Shown here in pieces: positions 37,194 through 46,779 of a DNA stretch of 64,000 nucleotides. Under the pieces are notes generated by a model. The model was not told the origin of the DNA, searched no databases, and saw only the letters and a program-made list of their open reading frames with translations. Where the stretch lies: contig CAJTJA010000001.1 of the NCBI GenBank assembly GCA_910576845.1, positions 56,713 to 120,712 of the forward strand. The letters are read 5' to 3'. Position 1 is the stretch's first letter. The number at the start of each line of letters is the position of its first letter. Position numbers and translations under genes: made by a program. Source of the DNA: an uncultured Oscillibacter sp. Lineage in GTDB: Bacteria; Bacillota; Clostridia; Oscillospirales; Oscillospiraceae.

Positions 37194-39227
37194 CTAGGAA
37201 ACGCTTCCGCCGACAATTCGGCTGTAGGCCCGAGCTGTCAAGACAAACACCAGGGCGTAAATCAGGCAGAACACCGCCAGCGTTCCCACTGCGCAGAGGG
37301 CAAAAAGCTTCACATCAAACAGATTGAACAGCTCCAGCATTTTGGAGAGCATAGGAAAGGCCATAACCACATGGAGCGCCGCTGCCCCCAGGGGCAGGAA
37401 GAACACCAGCAGAATCTGGCTGTGAATAGACACATTGACCTCCTTCCGGCTCATGCCCACCTGCCGGAGAATCAAATAGCGCCGCTGGTCTTCATACCCC
37501 TCGGATATCTGCTTGTAATAAATAATCAGGACGGTCGCCAGCAAAAACAGGAGCCCCAGGAAGATGCCAAGGAACAGGAAACCGCCGTACATGGTATAAA
37601 ATTCCTGAGCATTGTCCTGTTTACTGGTGAAGCCCACGCCATCATCCCGTTGGCTGAGGATGTATACCAGGCTTTCCGTCTGGGCCAGCTTCTCCTGGTA
37701 GCCCTTCGCGGTCAGGTTCAGCTGAACCCGGAACTGCCGGGCGCTGCGGCTGGTGTCCAGGTCCATAATGCGCTCTGCCGTCTCCCGGTCGGAAACCACC
37801 AAAAACAGCCTTGAGTCCTCCGCGCCCAGCAAGGTGGTCGTGGCGTGGTGAATGACCTCCGTGATCTCCTCCCGGACGTGAAAGGGCAGCGCGGTCCGGT
37901 CGTCGTCCGCCGCCAGGGCGCCCTCAGGCGTGTCGGAGAAATAGGCGGAGATGGTAAAGTCCGCCGGGAAGCCCGGGAGGTTCCGGGGGCAGGCCAGGAC
38001 CTCGTCGGGGGCCAGGATGACGTCTCTTCCGGTGAGACGGGCATAGTCCTCCGCCGTCACCACTTCCACTTCCGTCCGGGTGCAGTCCTGACCCAGGTTC
38101 AGGGCAATCTCGTCTCCCCGGATGCCGCAGTAGACCCAATAGCGGGTATAGTACCGGGATTCGGTGAAGCCCCCGGAGGCGCCGGCGGCGGCCTCCACTT
38201 CCCGCATGTGCTCCATGGGGTCCCCCGGCTGGTTCTCCAGGTCCTGGAGAAATTCAATGTCATAGGGGAACATCTCGTTCAGGGAATCCTCCAGGCCGAT
38301 GTTCATGGCAATGGTGGTGGAGACCGTCACCAGCACCATGGTAGAGAGGATGCAGATACTGGCCAGACCCACGGCGTTCTGCTTCATCCGGTAGAGAAGG
38401 CCGGAGACAGCGGTGAAATGCCGGGTCTGATAGTAAAACTTCGGATTGGCCCGGAGGCGCTTCAAGACGGCAATGGACCCGGCGGTAAAAAGGCAGTAGG
38501 TTCCGATGATCACCAGGAACACGGCCCCGAAAAAGAGCACCATGGCCTCAATGGGATTCTTGGTAGTGATGGCAATGAAATAGCCTCCCCCCAGGGTCAG
38601 CACACCCAGAACCACCAGAATCCACTTTGTCCGAGGCTCCCGCTCCCCGGCGGAGGCGCTGCGGAGCAGCTCCACGGGCTTGGAGCGGCTGAGCGCCCAG
38701 AGATTTTTCAGCAGGGTGCAGAAAAACAGCACACCGAAGAGCACAACCGTTTCCCAGATGCCACGGAAGGAAATTTCCATTCCGAACTGGGCGGGAACCC
38801 GGGCCAGCTTCAGCAAGAGCAGAATAACGGCCTTGGAAAACAGGATTCCCAGCAGAATGCCTCCAACCAGGGTAACAGCGGTGCAGAACAGGGTCTCCCA
38901 CAGGCACATCCGGGCAATGTGCCTCTTTTCCAGTCCCAAGATGTTGTATAATCCCAACTCCCGCTGCCGCCGCTTCATGACGAAGCTGTTGGCATAGAGC
39001 AGAATGACCGCCGAGAGCAGCGCCGCCACAAAACAGCCCACCCCGGCAAAGGACTTGAGATACATGGCTCCCCGGACGTTGTCCAGGCCCTGGTTATATG
39101 CCAGGAACAGCAGGATGTAGTACATGGCCGCCGTCACCAAGCAGGAAAGCAGATAAGGCCCGTAAAAGCGTCCGTTTCGCACCAAATTCACCAGAGCCAG
39201 GCGGGGAAAAAAACCGGACTTACGCAC
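37194..39227 (-). CDS. BceB-type (FtsX-like) peptide-resistance ABC permease
   Basis: LA..NL..N...Y.PY, YANSF.MKRR.RELGLYNILG, IYYKQISEG.ED; large extracellular loop (start may be 39236). Confidence 0.9.
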   Translation of the reverse strand: MRKSGFFPRLALVNLVRNGRFYGPYLLSCLVTAAMYYILLFLAYNQGLDNVRGAMYLKSFAGVGCFVAALLSAVILLYANSFVMKRRQRELGLYNILGLEKRHIARMCLWETLFCTAVTLVGGILLGILFSKAVILLLLKLARVPAQFGMEISFRGIWETVVLFGVLFFCTLLKNLWALSRSKPVELLRSASAGEREPRTKWILVVLGVLTLGGGYFIAITTKNPIEAMVLFFGAVFLVIIGTYCLFTAGSIAVLKRLRANPKFYYQTRHFTAVSGLLYRMKQNAVGLASICILSTMVLVTVSTTIAMNIGLEDSLNEMFPYDIEFLQDLENQPGDPMEHMREVEAAAGASGGFTESRYYTRYWVYCGIRGDEIALNLGQDCTRTEVEVVTAEDYARLTGRDVILAPDEVLACPRNLPGFPADFTISAYFSDTPEGALAADDDRTALPFHVREEITEVIHHATTTLLGAEDSRLFLVVSDRETAERIMDLDTSRSARQFRVQLNLTAKGYQEKLAQTESLVYILSQRDDGVGFTSKQDNAQEFYTMYGGFLFLGIFLGLLFLLATVLIIYYKQISEGYEDQRRYLILRQVGMSRKEVNVSIHSQILLVFFLPLGAAALHVVMAFPMLSKMLELFNLFDVKLFALCAVGTLAVFCLIYALVFVLTARAYSRIVGGSVS

Positions 39228-39987
39228 GGGGCTCACCGCCTTGCGTCAACACCGTGAGGGTGTCGGAGATTTTGGCAAATTGGGATTCGGCACTCTGGCC
39301 GCCCCGATAGAGCTGGTGGTAAACCTGCCCGTCCCGGAGGAAGAGGACCCGCCCGGCATGACTGGCGGCCTTCACGGAGTGAGTCACCATAACGATGGTC
39401 TGCCCGCCCCGGTTGATCTCCCCGAAGAGTTCCAGCAGGTTATCTGAGGCCCGGGAGTCCAGGGCCCCGGTGGGCTCGTCCGCCAGGACCAGCTGGGGGG
39501 CCGTAATCAGGGCCCGGGCCACGGCAGTACGCTGCTTCTGCCCGCCCGACACCTCATAGGGGTACTTCGTCAGAATGTCTGTAATACCCAGCTGTTCCGC
39601 AATAGGCTGGAGCTTTTTCCGCATCTCCCGGTAGTCCCGTCCTGCCAGAACCAGGGGCAGAAAGATGTTGTCCTGAAGGGAAAAGGTGTCCAGCAGGTTG
39701 AAGTCCTGAAATACAAAACCCAGGTGGGACCGGCGGAAAGCCGCCAGATCCCGCTCCCGAATATCGGAGAGCGCTTTTCCGTCCAGATAAACTTCCCCGG
39801 CGGTAGGACGGTCCAAAGCAGCCAGAATATTTAATAGAGTGGTCTTCCCAGAGCCGGATTCACCCATAATGGCGACATACTCTCCGGGCTCTACGGAAAA
39901 ATTCACATCCGCCAGAGCCGTAACCTGACTGCCGCCGAAGCGGGTGGTGTAAATTTTTTGCAGGTGCTGCACTTCCAGTAATGGCAT
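39220..39987 (-). CDS. BceA-type ABC ATPase
   Basis: GESGSGKTT, GFVFQDFNLL, YPYEVSGGQKQR, ADEPTGALDS. Confidence 0.93.
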   Translation of the reverse strand: MPLLEVQHLQKIYTTRFGGSQVTALADVNFSVEPGEYVAIMGESGSGKTTLLNILAALDRPTAGEVYLDGKALSDIRERDLAAFRRSHLGFVFQDFNLLDTFSLQDNIFLPLVLAGRDYREMRKKLQPIAEQLGITDILTKYPYEVSGGQKQRTAVARALITAPQLVLADEPTGALDSRASDNLLELFGEINRGGQTIVMVTHSVKAASHAGRVLFLRDGQVYHQLYRGGQSAESQFAKISDTLTVLTQGGEPRA

Positions 39988-40016
39988 ATTATTTCCTCCT
40001 CGTGGATGATAATGTG

Positions 40017-40093
40017 ATTATAGCAAACCGCAAATCTGCGCACCATGGATTTGCCTTACAATTTAGGGGTGATATCTTACACTTTTGTAAGAT
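40017..40093 (-). promoter_or_regulatory. BceR-type operator and extended -10
   Basis: ATCTTACA-CTTT-TGTAAGAT (40074-40093), second CTTACA half-site 21 bp away (40055), TGcTATAAT on the minus strand. Confidence 0.75.
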
Positions 40094-40177
40094 ACCGTTT
40101 CAGAAGGTGAAATCCAAAAGCCGCCCGCCAATTGGACTTAAACTCCGAAAATCCTGGCCGTACAGGCAAACTTTTTC

Positions 40178-40205
40178 TTGACATTTCCTCAAATTCCGAT
40201 ATAAT
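40178..40205 (+). promoter_or_regulatory. sigma-A promoter of rpsF-ssb-rpsR
   Basis: TTGACA-16-TATAAT. Confidence 0.8.
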
Positions 40206-40227
40206 GAGTAAGCTTGCAGCCGCAGGC

Positions 40228-40278
40228 ATATCCTTGCTCTCATCTGGAAATGAGGGCCATTTGTCCAAAAGGAGGTGC
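40228..40278 (+). ncRNA. S6:S18 ribosomal protein leader
   Basis: TCCTT..CTCTCAT..ATGAGGG-CC..AAGGAGG hairpin that sequesters the rpsF RBS, with a CC bulge. Confidence 0.6.
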
Positions 40279-40282
40279 AAAC

Positions 40283-40579
40283 ATGGCAAAGGTTACTGCC
40301 AATTATGAGGTCGTGTATATCATCGACCCTGCACAGGGGGAGGAGAACATCGCCGCTTTGGTCGCGAAGTTCAAGACCCTGGCTGAGCAGAACGGCTCCG
40401 CCGTCGAGGTGGAGGAGTGGGGCGCCCGGCGTCTCGCCTATCCCATCGACTACAAAAACGACGGCTACTATGTGCTGATGAGCTTCACCAGCGAACCGTC
40501 CTTCCCCAAGGAGCTGGACCGTGTCCTCGGTATTACCGACGGTATCATGCGTTCCCTGATCGTCTGCAAAGGCGAGTGA
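40283..40579 (+). CDS. rpsF: 30S ribosomal protein S6
   Basis: YEVVYII.P, EEWG.RRLAYPI, GYY. Confidence 0.96.
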   Translation: MAKVTANYEVVYIIDPAQGEENIAALVAKFKTLAEQNGSAVEVEEWGARRLAYPIDYKNDGYYVLMSFTSEPSFPKELDRVLGITDGIMRSLIVCKGE

Positions 40580-40592
40580 GGAGGAACCCAAA

Positions 40593-41072
40593 ATGCTGAA
40601 CAGGATCGTCATCATGGGGCGTCTGACCCGTGATCCCGAGCTGCGCCGCACGCAAAGCGGCACCGCCGTCACATCCTTCTCTCTGGCTGTAGATCGGGAT
40701 TTTAAGTCCCAAAGCGGCGAAAAAGAGACGGATTTTATTGACGTAGTGGCTTGGCGCGGCACTGCGGAATTTGTCAGCAAGTACTTCTCCAAGGGCCGCA
40801 TGGCTGTGGTGGAAGGCCGGCTGCAAATTCGCGATTGGACTGACCGGGACGGCGGAAAGCGCAGAAGCGCCGAAGTCGTGGCTGATAACGTCTATTTTGG
40901 GGATTCCAAACGGGACAGCGGCGGTGAATATGGAGCCTCCTATGGAGCGTCCCCCGCCGGCGGGGTTCCCGCCTCCTACGGCGCTCCCGGCAGCAGAGCT
41001 TCCGCCGCCGGTTTTGGAGGAGAATCTGACTTCGCCGAAATCGGCGAGGAGGACGGCGAACTGCCGTTTTGA
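40593..41072 (+). CDS. ssb: single-stranded DNA-binding protein
   Basis: MLNR..IMGRLTRDPELR, acidic C-terminal DGELPF. Confidence 0.97.
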   Translation: MLNRIVIMGRLTRDPELRRTQSGTAVTSFSLAVDRDFKSQSGEKETDFIDVVAWRGTAEFVSKYFSKGRMAVVEGRLQIRDWTDRDGGKRRSAEVVADNVYFGDSKRDSGGEYGASYGASPAGGVPASYGAPGSRASAAGFGGESDFAEIGEEDGELPF

Positions 41073-41212
41073 TCTTTTTTAATGGGTTCGGAGCACTCCG
41101 AATACCAAACGCGTGTCCCCTGGCGCAGATTGCGCCGGCGGGAGGACAGGATTGTCCGCAGGCCGCTCTTCCAAGCTGCTTGCCGCCATCTTAATAAAGG
41201 AGGAACCATTTC

Positions 41213-41464
41213 ATGGCTTTTGATCGTGAATCCAGACCCGCCCGTCCGATGCGGGGCAAGCGCCGCAAGGTCTGCCAGTTCTGCGCCGAAAAGTGCGAGC
41301 ATATTGACTATAAGGACGCCGCAAAGCTGCGCCGTTTTATTTCTGAGCGGGCCAAAATTCTGCCCCGCAGAACTACCGGCACCTGCGCCATGCATCAGCG
41401 CCAGCTGACCGAGGCCATCAAGCGTGCCCGTCAGATTGCCCTGCTGCCCTATGTTACCGACTGA
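41213..41464 (+). CDS. rpsR: 30S ribosomal protein S18
   Basis: RRKVC.FC, IDYKD, KILPRR.TG.CA.HQR.L..AIKRAR..ALLPY. Confidence 0.97.
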   Translation: MAFDRESRPARPMRGKRRKVCQFCAEKCEHIDYKDAAKLRRFISERAKILPRRTTGTCAMHQRQLTEAIKRARQIALLPYVTD

Positions 41465-41487
41465 TAGAAACCAGCGGAAATAAATGA

Positions 41488-41528
41488 GAAAACCGGCCTG
41501 TTCTCTTTGAGGGACGGGCCGGTTTTTG
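41488..41528 (+). terminator. rpsR terminator
   Basis: aaaaccggcctgttctc-ttt-gagggacgggccggttttt. Confidence 0.8.
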
Positions 41529-41640
41529 GTTTAAAATATGCCGAAGAAGGAATTTCTCTTTCAAGGCAGAAAAGACTTGATTTTTTCAAAGCTTTCGTTT
41601 ATAATAACAGCATTGTGACAGCACAGCGGTTCAACAACAG

Positions 41641-41714
41641 GCAGGGTTAGTACATCGGTAGTACAACGGCTTCCCAAGCCGTGGAGGCGGGTTCGATTCC
41701 CGTACCCTGCTCCA
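41641..41714 (+). tRNA. tRNA-Gly (CCC)
   Basis: GCAGGGT/ACCCTGC acceptor stem, ACGGC-TTCCCAA-GCCGT anticodon arm, GGTTCGATTCC T-arm, encoded CCA. Confidence 0.97.
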
Positions 41715-41738
41715 TACAGGGCAAAAATTGCCCTCTTC

Positions 41739-41772
41739 AAAATGTCCCCGTCCAAAGGACGGGGACATTTTC
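41739..41772 (+). terminator. terminator after tRNA
   Basis: aaaatgtccccgtcc-aaa-ggacggggacatttt. Confidence 0.75.
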
Positions 41773-42107
41773 TTTTGTCTTTCCGCCTGCGCTCCCAGTT
41801 GCTCTCTCCTAGCCGGGCGCCTGCTTTTTGATTCAGGAAATACTCCAAATTCCTTCCTCTTCAAGCGCATGGCGTTTTCCCGCATTCACAGCCGGTATCA
41901 GGTGTTAAATTAGGACCATATTTTTTATCCGCAGCGCCAAAACATCCATCTTTCTGCGCATCCTCCAACTGCTTTTCCGTTTCCATTAAAATTGTGATGG
42001 AACATAACAGCAGCCACCCTTTTCAAGCCCTCCCTGACAGCAGGAGCTGCCCTGCGAAAAGGCAGAGACAGGGGATCGTGCGCATTGTCTCCTGTTCATC
42101 CGGGTTT

Positions 42108-42713
42108 CTATTCAGGGGGATTGTCCAAATCCAAGACATAGCGCTCATACGCATTAATAACGGTAGTTTCATTTCTCTGAAGAATGCGGGGTATTTGAAA
42201 TCCGTAGTTCACGTGAACATGGCCATGCACCAAATACCGGGGGCGGTACTTGTCCACCAAATTCAAAAGGCTTTCAAATCCTTGATGCGCATAATCCTCC
42301 CCATCGCCGTAGCCCTGCATGGGGGAATGCGTTACAACGATATCCACTCCGCCCGACCGCCAGAGTCGATAACGCAGGCGGCGGATGCGGCGGGCCATTT
42401 GAGTCTCCGTATACTGATGCGGCCCGCCGCTGTACAGGATGCTGCCGCCCAGGCCTAAAATGCGGAGCCCTTTTATCTTTACCAACCGGTCCTCAATGCA
42501 CTCACAGCCCTCAGGAGGGTGCTGCTCATATGTTTTATCGTGGTTTCCATGTACATAGAGCAGCGGCTTGCCTGTCATCGTCACCAAGAAGCTCAGATAT
42601 TTGGAACTCAGATCGCCGCAGGATATGATCATGTCAATATCACGCAGGCAGCCGGGCTTATAATAGTCCCAAAGGTATTCGCTCTCTTTGTCGGACAGTA
42701 AAAGAAGCTTCAC
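42108..42713 (-). CDS. calcineurin-like metallophosphoesterase
   Basis: LSD.E, CGDL, GNHD, THSP, HGHVH. Confidence 0.9.
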   Translation of the reverse strand: MKLLLLSDKESEYLWDYYKPGCLRDIDMIISCGDLSSKYLSFLVTMTGKPLLYVHGNHDKTYEQHPPEGCECIEDRLVKIKGLRILGLGGSILYSGGPHQYTETQMARRIRRLRYRLWRSGGVDIVVTHSPMQGYGDGEDYAHQGFESLLNLVDKYRPRYLVHGHVHVNYGFQIPRILQRNETTVINAYERYVLDLDNPPE

Positions 42714-44611
42714 AAGATGGGATCCTCCTTTTCCGGGGGAATGGCATCCCGGTAAACGCCCTGGAGACGGACCAGGGGACGGGCCATTGGCAGCAGCTCT
42801 TCATACTGGGGAATACTGCCGCGAACACAGTCCAGCAGCGTATCCATCTGCAAAATTTTCTCAGGCGTGGCCTCGGGAAAAGGCTGGATACTGCCGTCAA
42901 TAATGCCTTTGCGGAGAATTTCCGCCAGCTTTCGGACGCCGGCCGGAAGATCATCTCCCAGCAGAATGTCAACGGCACGGCTGTTCATACCCCACCAATA
43001 GTTCACTGCCTGACCCGCTGAGGCTCCCAACGCCTCCCAGCCGCCGCTCAGGACACTGCGAATCAAATTCGTATACACACTGCCCCAGTGCCAATAAGGA
43101 GAGGCCAGAGAGTGAAACTTTCCCTCTTCGATGCGGCACAGCCCCCAGGGCTCCCGAATACGGTCAGGGGTTGGAATATCCCGGTTGGCAATTACAGAAA
43201 CGCCTTCCCAAGCCAAGGCGTCCATGGCATCCTGCTCCACACATGACCAGCGCACAATCACTTCCGCTTGGGGATTAGTGAGCTGGGCGCCCAAGGCAAA
43301 CGCATTGATACTGGCGGGGACTCCAAAAATGGGGTTGCTGGCCACATATCCGATGCGTCCGCTGCGGCTCAATGCCCCGGCAATGGCCCCGGCGATATAT
43401 TTTGCCTCGTAAATACGGCCGTAATACGTACGGACGCCGGCATAGGGCATAGACACGGAACAGTTCAGGATGCGAACATCCGGATGCCTGGCCGCCGTCT
43501 TCCGGCAGGCGCCGATCAGCGGCGGCGTGATCGCAAGAATCATTTGCGCACCGTTTTCGATCGCTGTCTCCATAGCCGTTTCGGCCTCCTGGTCAGGATG
43601 GACGCCGTAAAACGTCTGTGTGGTCACATGGTCCTCCATGACCGTCTCCAGATATTCCCGCCCCAGATCATGTGCCCGGGCCCAGTCACTCTGACAGGGA
43701 AGCTGGTCGCTGATGAAAGCCACGTTCAAATGACTGGGCTGCTTTCCCTTAAAAATGCGGCCCAAAAGGTTGTTTTCCTTTACCTCCGGCGTATCCGTCT
43801 GAACTGCGATAGGTTCCGACAACGCCTTGATATCCGCCCACACAGCCTTTATGCTGCGGGTCAACTCCGCGGAGGGAAATGAAATCAGGTCATCAAAACT
43901 GTAGACTTTCAGCCATACCAGCATGGCATCCGCTGTGGTAATCGGTATCTCTCCGCCCCCCAGCTTCAGAAAGGGCTCCTGGAAATATGTGTAACCGGCA
44001 ATAAAGCGCCGCCTCTCGTCCTCCGTCCAAATATGGTCCGGCTCATAGCCCAGCGCTTTTTGAAGCTTGACAAAGCTGCCTGCCCGGCTGAAGCGGGCCC
44101 TGTACAGCCCGGTTTTGGGAAAAGACTGCATAAAATCATAATAGGCCAGTACTGCCGGGTCCTCTGTCCAGACCGGGATCATGCGAATAACATAAGCGGG
44201 AATGGTGGGCGCGTCATAGCTCCTCAGAACACTGACCCTTTTATTCCCTTCCTGTACATAGAAATGGCCGAAGTACTCATAGCAGCGAATAGGATCCCGG
44301 ATACCCTCGTCTCCCAAATGAGCTTCGCACAGGCTCATCCACTTTCCGGCAAATTCTGTATCCGGGTCCAGAAGGGGCAGAAAATCCGCCGAAAAGGCAG
44401 ACCGCCTGCCTGCCGTCTTGGTTCCGGCAATCTGACTAATAGGAATCTCAATGACCCCCAGTTCTGCTTGTCCCGCCACCATGGCGTCGCTGATAATCTC
44501 GTCCAGAACCTGGGGATAAGGATAACGTCCCCGCGCCACAGCTTCCCTGTACGCCCTGCGCCCTTGCTTCAGGGCACCGGCGTACTGGGCCGCCGCTTCC
44601 TGTCGGTTCAT
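42710..44611 (-). CDS. ParB/Srx-like N-terminal domain fused to a BMP/PnrA-like ligand-binding domain, no signal peptide
   Basis: PI..YEY...FYVQEGNKRVS (ParB-like); W..AHD.GR, EAKYIAGAIAG, IGYVA..PI, INAFALGA..NP (BMP-like). Confidence 0.75.
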   Translation of the reverse strand: MNRQEAAAQYAGALKQGRRAYREAVARGRYPYPQVLDEIISDAMVAGQAELGVIEIPISQIAGTKTAGRRSAFSADFLPLLDPDTEFAGKWMSLCEAHLGDEGIRDPIRCYEYFGHFYVQEGNKRVSVLRSYDAPTIPAYVIRMIPVWTEDPAVLAYYDFMQSFPKTGLYRARFSRAGSFVKLQKALGYEPDHIWTEDERRRFIAGYTYFQEPFLKLGGGEIPITTADAMLVWLKVYSFDDLISFPSAELTRSIKAVWADIKALSEPIAVQTDTPEVKENNLLGRIFKGKQPSHLNVAFISDQLPCQSDWARAHDLGREYLETVMEDHVTTQTFYGVHPDQEAETAMETAIENGAQMILAITPPLIGACRKTAARHPDVRILNCSVSMPYAGVRTYYGRIYEAKYIAGAIAGALSRSGRIGYVASNPIFGVPASINAFALGAQLTNPQAEVIVRWSCVEQDAMDALAWEGVSVIANRDIPTPDRIREPWGLCRIEEGKFHSLASPYWHWGSVYTNLIRSVLSGGWEALGASAGQAVNYWWGMNSRAVDILLGDDLPAGVRKLAEILRKGIIDGSIQPFPEATPEKILQMDTLLDCVRGSIPQYEELLPMARPLVRLQGVYRDAIPPEKEDPIL

Positions 44612-44849
44612 ATTGATGGCCTCCTTCCGTGGGATGGCTGATGCCGCATTGCCCTATTGTACCTTGCGGTTCCGCAAATTACAATGGTATTTTTGCTAAA
44701 AGAGGCCCATATCCCCCAAAAGAAAGTCAAGCCTTTTTCCCACCCCGGCATAAGCCGAAAGCATGCCTCTATCCGGAAAGGCAGTCCACTCTTCCATTTC
44801 TATTTCGCCCAAAAGCTTTTAAACCCTATATCAGGCTTTAAAAGCATGG

Positions 44850-45029
44850 TCCCTTTTACCTTTCGTGTTGGTGGATAGCACCTTCGGTAATTTTGCCAAT
44901 TCTTGTGCCAAACTGGCAGCTCAGAACTTACCAGACCGTTCTCCATTTTTGGATCACCGCCCGCACGCACAGCTATTCTGATAAAGAATTGTGAAATCAA
45001 ACTTCCGTCAACACAAACGGTAAAAGGGA
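44850..45029. repeat. ~180 bp element bounded by a 26-bp imperfect inverted repeat
   Basis: TCCCTTTTACCTTTCGTGTTGGTGGA vs reverse complement of TCCGTCAACACAAACGGTAAAAGGGA; inner CAATTCTT/AAGAATTG. Confidence 0.6.
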
Positions 45030-45034
45030 TAAAA

Positions 45035-45077
45035 CATGCGCGGCCCGTCGAAAAAGTTTTTTCGACGGGCCGCATGC
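45035..45077. terminator. hairpin downstream of ptsI
   Basis: gcggcccgtcgaaaaa-g-ttttttcgacgggccgc. Confidence 0.6.
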
Positions 45078-45123
45078 CAAATTTCGATATGTCCTGCTTT
45101 TTCACCATGGGACTTCGCTTTTA

Positions 45124-46758
45124 CTAAGCTTTCTCCACCTTGCTCAAATCCAGGCTGCGGATAATCTTCCGCAAGGGCAGCACGGAAGAAGGAGAAACCG
45201 ACAATTCATCTACGCCCATACGGAGGAACGTCTCCGTCAGAGTCTGATCCGCCCCCAGCTCGCCACAGATGCCCACCCAGCAGCCATGACGGTGCCCTGC
45301 CTCAATGGTGTGGCGAATCATGCGCAGAACAGCAGGATGATGGGAGTCATAGAAATTATCCAGCTTCGGATTCTGACGGTCAATGGCCAAAGTATACTGT
45401 GTCAGATCATTGGTGCCCAAAGAGAAGAACTCCACTTCTTCCGCCAGCTCATCCGCAATCACCACCGCCGCGGGCGTCTCAATCATAACGCCGATTTCCA
45501 CGCGGCCCATTGCCACACCCCGCTCCTGCAGCTCCGCCCGGCACTCCTCCAAAATCTCCTTGGCGTCCCGGACCTCCCGGACAGAGATAATCATGGGGAA
45601 CATAATGGACACGGTTCCGAATGCGCTGGCCCGAAGGATCGCCCGGAGCTGGGTTTTAAAAACTTCCTTTCGAGTCAGGCAAATACGGATAGCCCGGTAG
45701 CCCAGGGCAGGATTCTCCTCCCTATCCAGTTCAAAGTAATCCGCCTGCTTATCAGCGCCGATATCCAACGTGCGGATGATGACCTTCTTCCCGGCCATGG
45801 TCTCCACAACCCGTTTGTAAAGCATGAACTGCTGATCCTCGGAAGGGTAATCCTTGGAATCCAGATAAATAAACTCGCTGCGGAACAGTCCGATGCCCTG
45901 CGCGTCGTTCTGGAGAACCAGACCTACGTCCCCGGCATTGCCAATATTGGCGTAAACCTTGATCTCCTTGCCGTCCAACGTGATATTGGGCTTCTTTTTC
46001 AGGCTCTGAAGCAGCGCCTCCTGCTTGATGTCATTGGCCCGCTTTTCCTCCATAGCGGAAAGGAGTTCCTGAGCGGGTTCAATATAAACGCAGTGGTTAT
46101 ATCCGTCAATGACGGCCAGCTTACCATCCCAATCATCCTGGAAATCCACGCCCACTAAGGCCGGAATATTCATGGTCCTGGCCAGAATGGCAGTATGACT
46201 GTTAGAGGAGCCATGACGGGTGATAAAGCCCAAAAGCTTGCTCTTATCCAGCTGCACCGTCTCACTGGGGGTCAAATCGTCCGCCACCAAAATGGCGGGC
46301 TGATCGTCCATCATCTCCTCATCGCCTTTTCCCAGCAAAACGTTGACCACACGGCGGGAAATGTCCTTTACGTCCGCCGCCCGGGCCCGCATGTACTCAT
46401 CCTCCATGTCGGCAAAAGCGGCGGCAAAATTCTCCCCGGTAGTGGAAACAGCATATTCAGCGGTAGCTCCCTGGGTGTCAATGATGCCCTTTACAGCGTC
46501 CAAATAATCGTCGTCATCCAGCATCATCTGGTGAATTTCAAAAATGGAGGCATTTTCCTCGCCCACCTCGTCCAATGCCTTGTCATAAAGCCCGCCCAAT
46601 TGCTCCTGAGCCTTGACGCGGGCGGCGTCAAAGCGGGCGTATTCCTCCTCCGGGGTGATGCTGGATATCTGGCTGGTCTGCGTCTCCACCTGCTTATAAA
46701 TGCGCAGGGGGCCGATCGCAATGCCGTTCAGAATGGATTTGCCGGTTGCAACTTGCAT
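45124..46758 (-). CDS. ptsI: PTS enzyme I (PEP-protein phosphotransferase)
   Basis: SHTAILAR phospho-His, GIGLFRSEF, IRTLDIGADK, GTNDLTQY, GICGELG. Confidence 0.96.
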   Translation of the reverse strand: MQVATGKSILNGIAIGPLRIYKQVETQTSQISSITPEEEYARFDAARVKAQEQLGGLYDKALDEVGEENASIFEIHQMMLDDDDYLDAVKGIIDTQGATAEYAVSTTGENFAAAFADMEDEYMRARAADVKDISRRVVNVLLGKGDEEMMDDQPAILVADDLTPSETVQLDKSKLLGFITRHGSSNSHTAILARTMNIPALVGVDFQDDWDGKLAVIDGYNHCVYIEPAQELLSAMEEKRANDIKQEALLQSLKKKPNITLDGKEIKVYANIGNAGDVGLVLQNDAQGIGLFRSEFIYLDSKDYPSEDQQFMLYKRVVETMAGKKVIIRTLDIGADKQADYFELDREENPALGYRAIRICLTRKEVFKTQLRAILRASAFGTVSIMFPMIISVREVRDAKEILEECRAELQERGVAMGRVEIGVMIETPAAVVIADELAEEVEFFSLGTNDLTQYTLAIDRQNPKLDNFYDSHHPAVLRMIRHTIEAGHRHGCWVGICGELGADQTLTETFLRMGVDELSVSPSSVLPLRKIIRSLDLSKVEKA

Positions 46759-46779
46759 AGCGGTTCCCTCCCAGCGCTC

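Noticed and set aside
41641..42107. tRNA-Gly as an integration site for an island
   Set aside because: No integrase and no duplicated tRNA 3' end seen in the window
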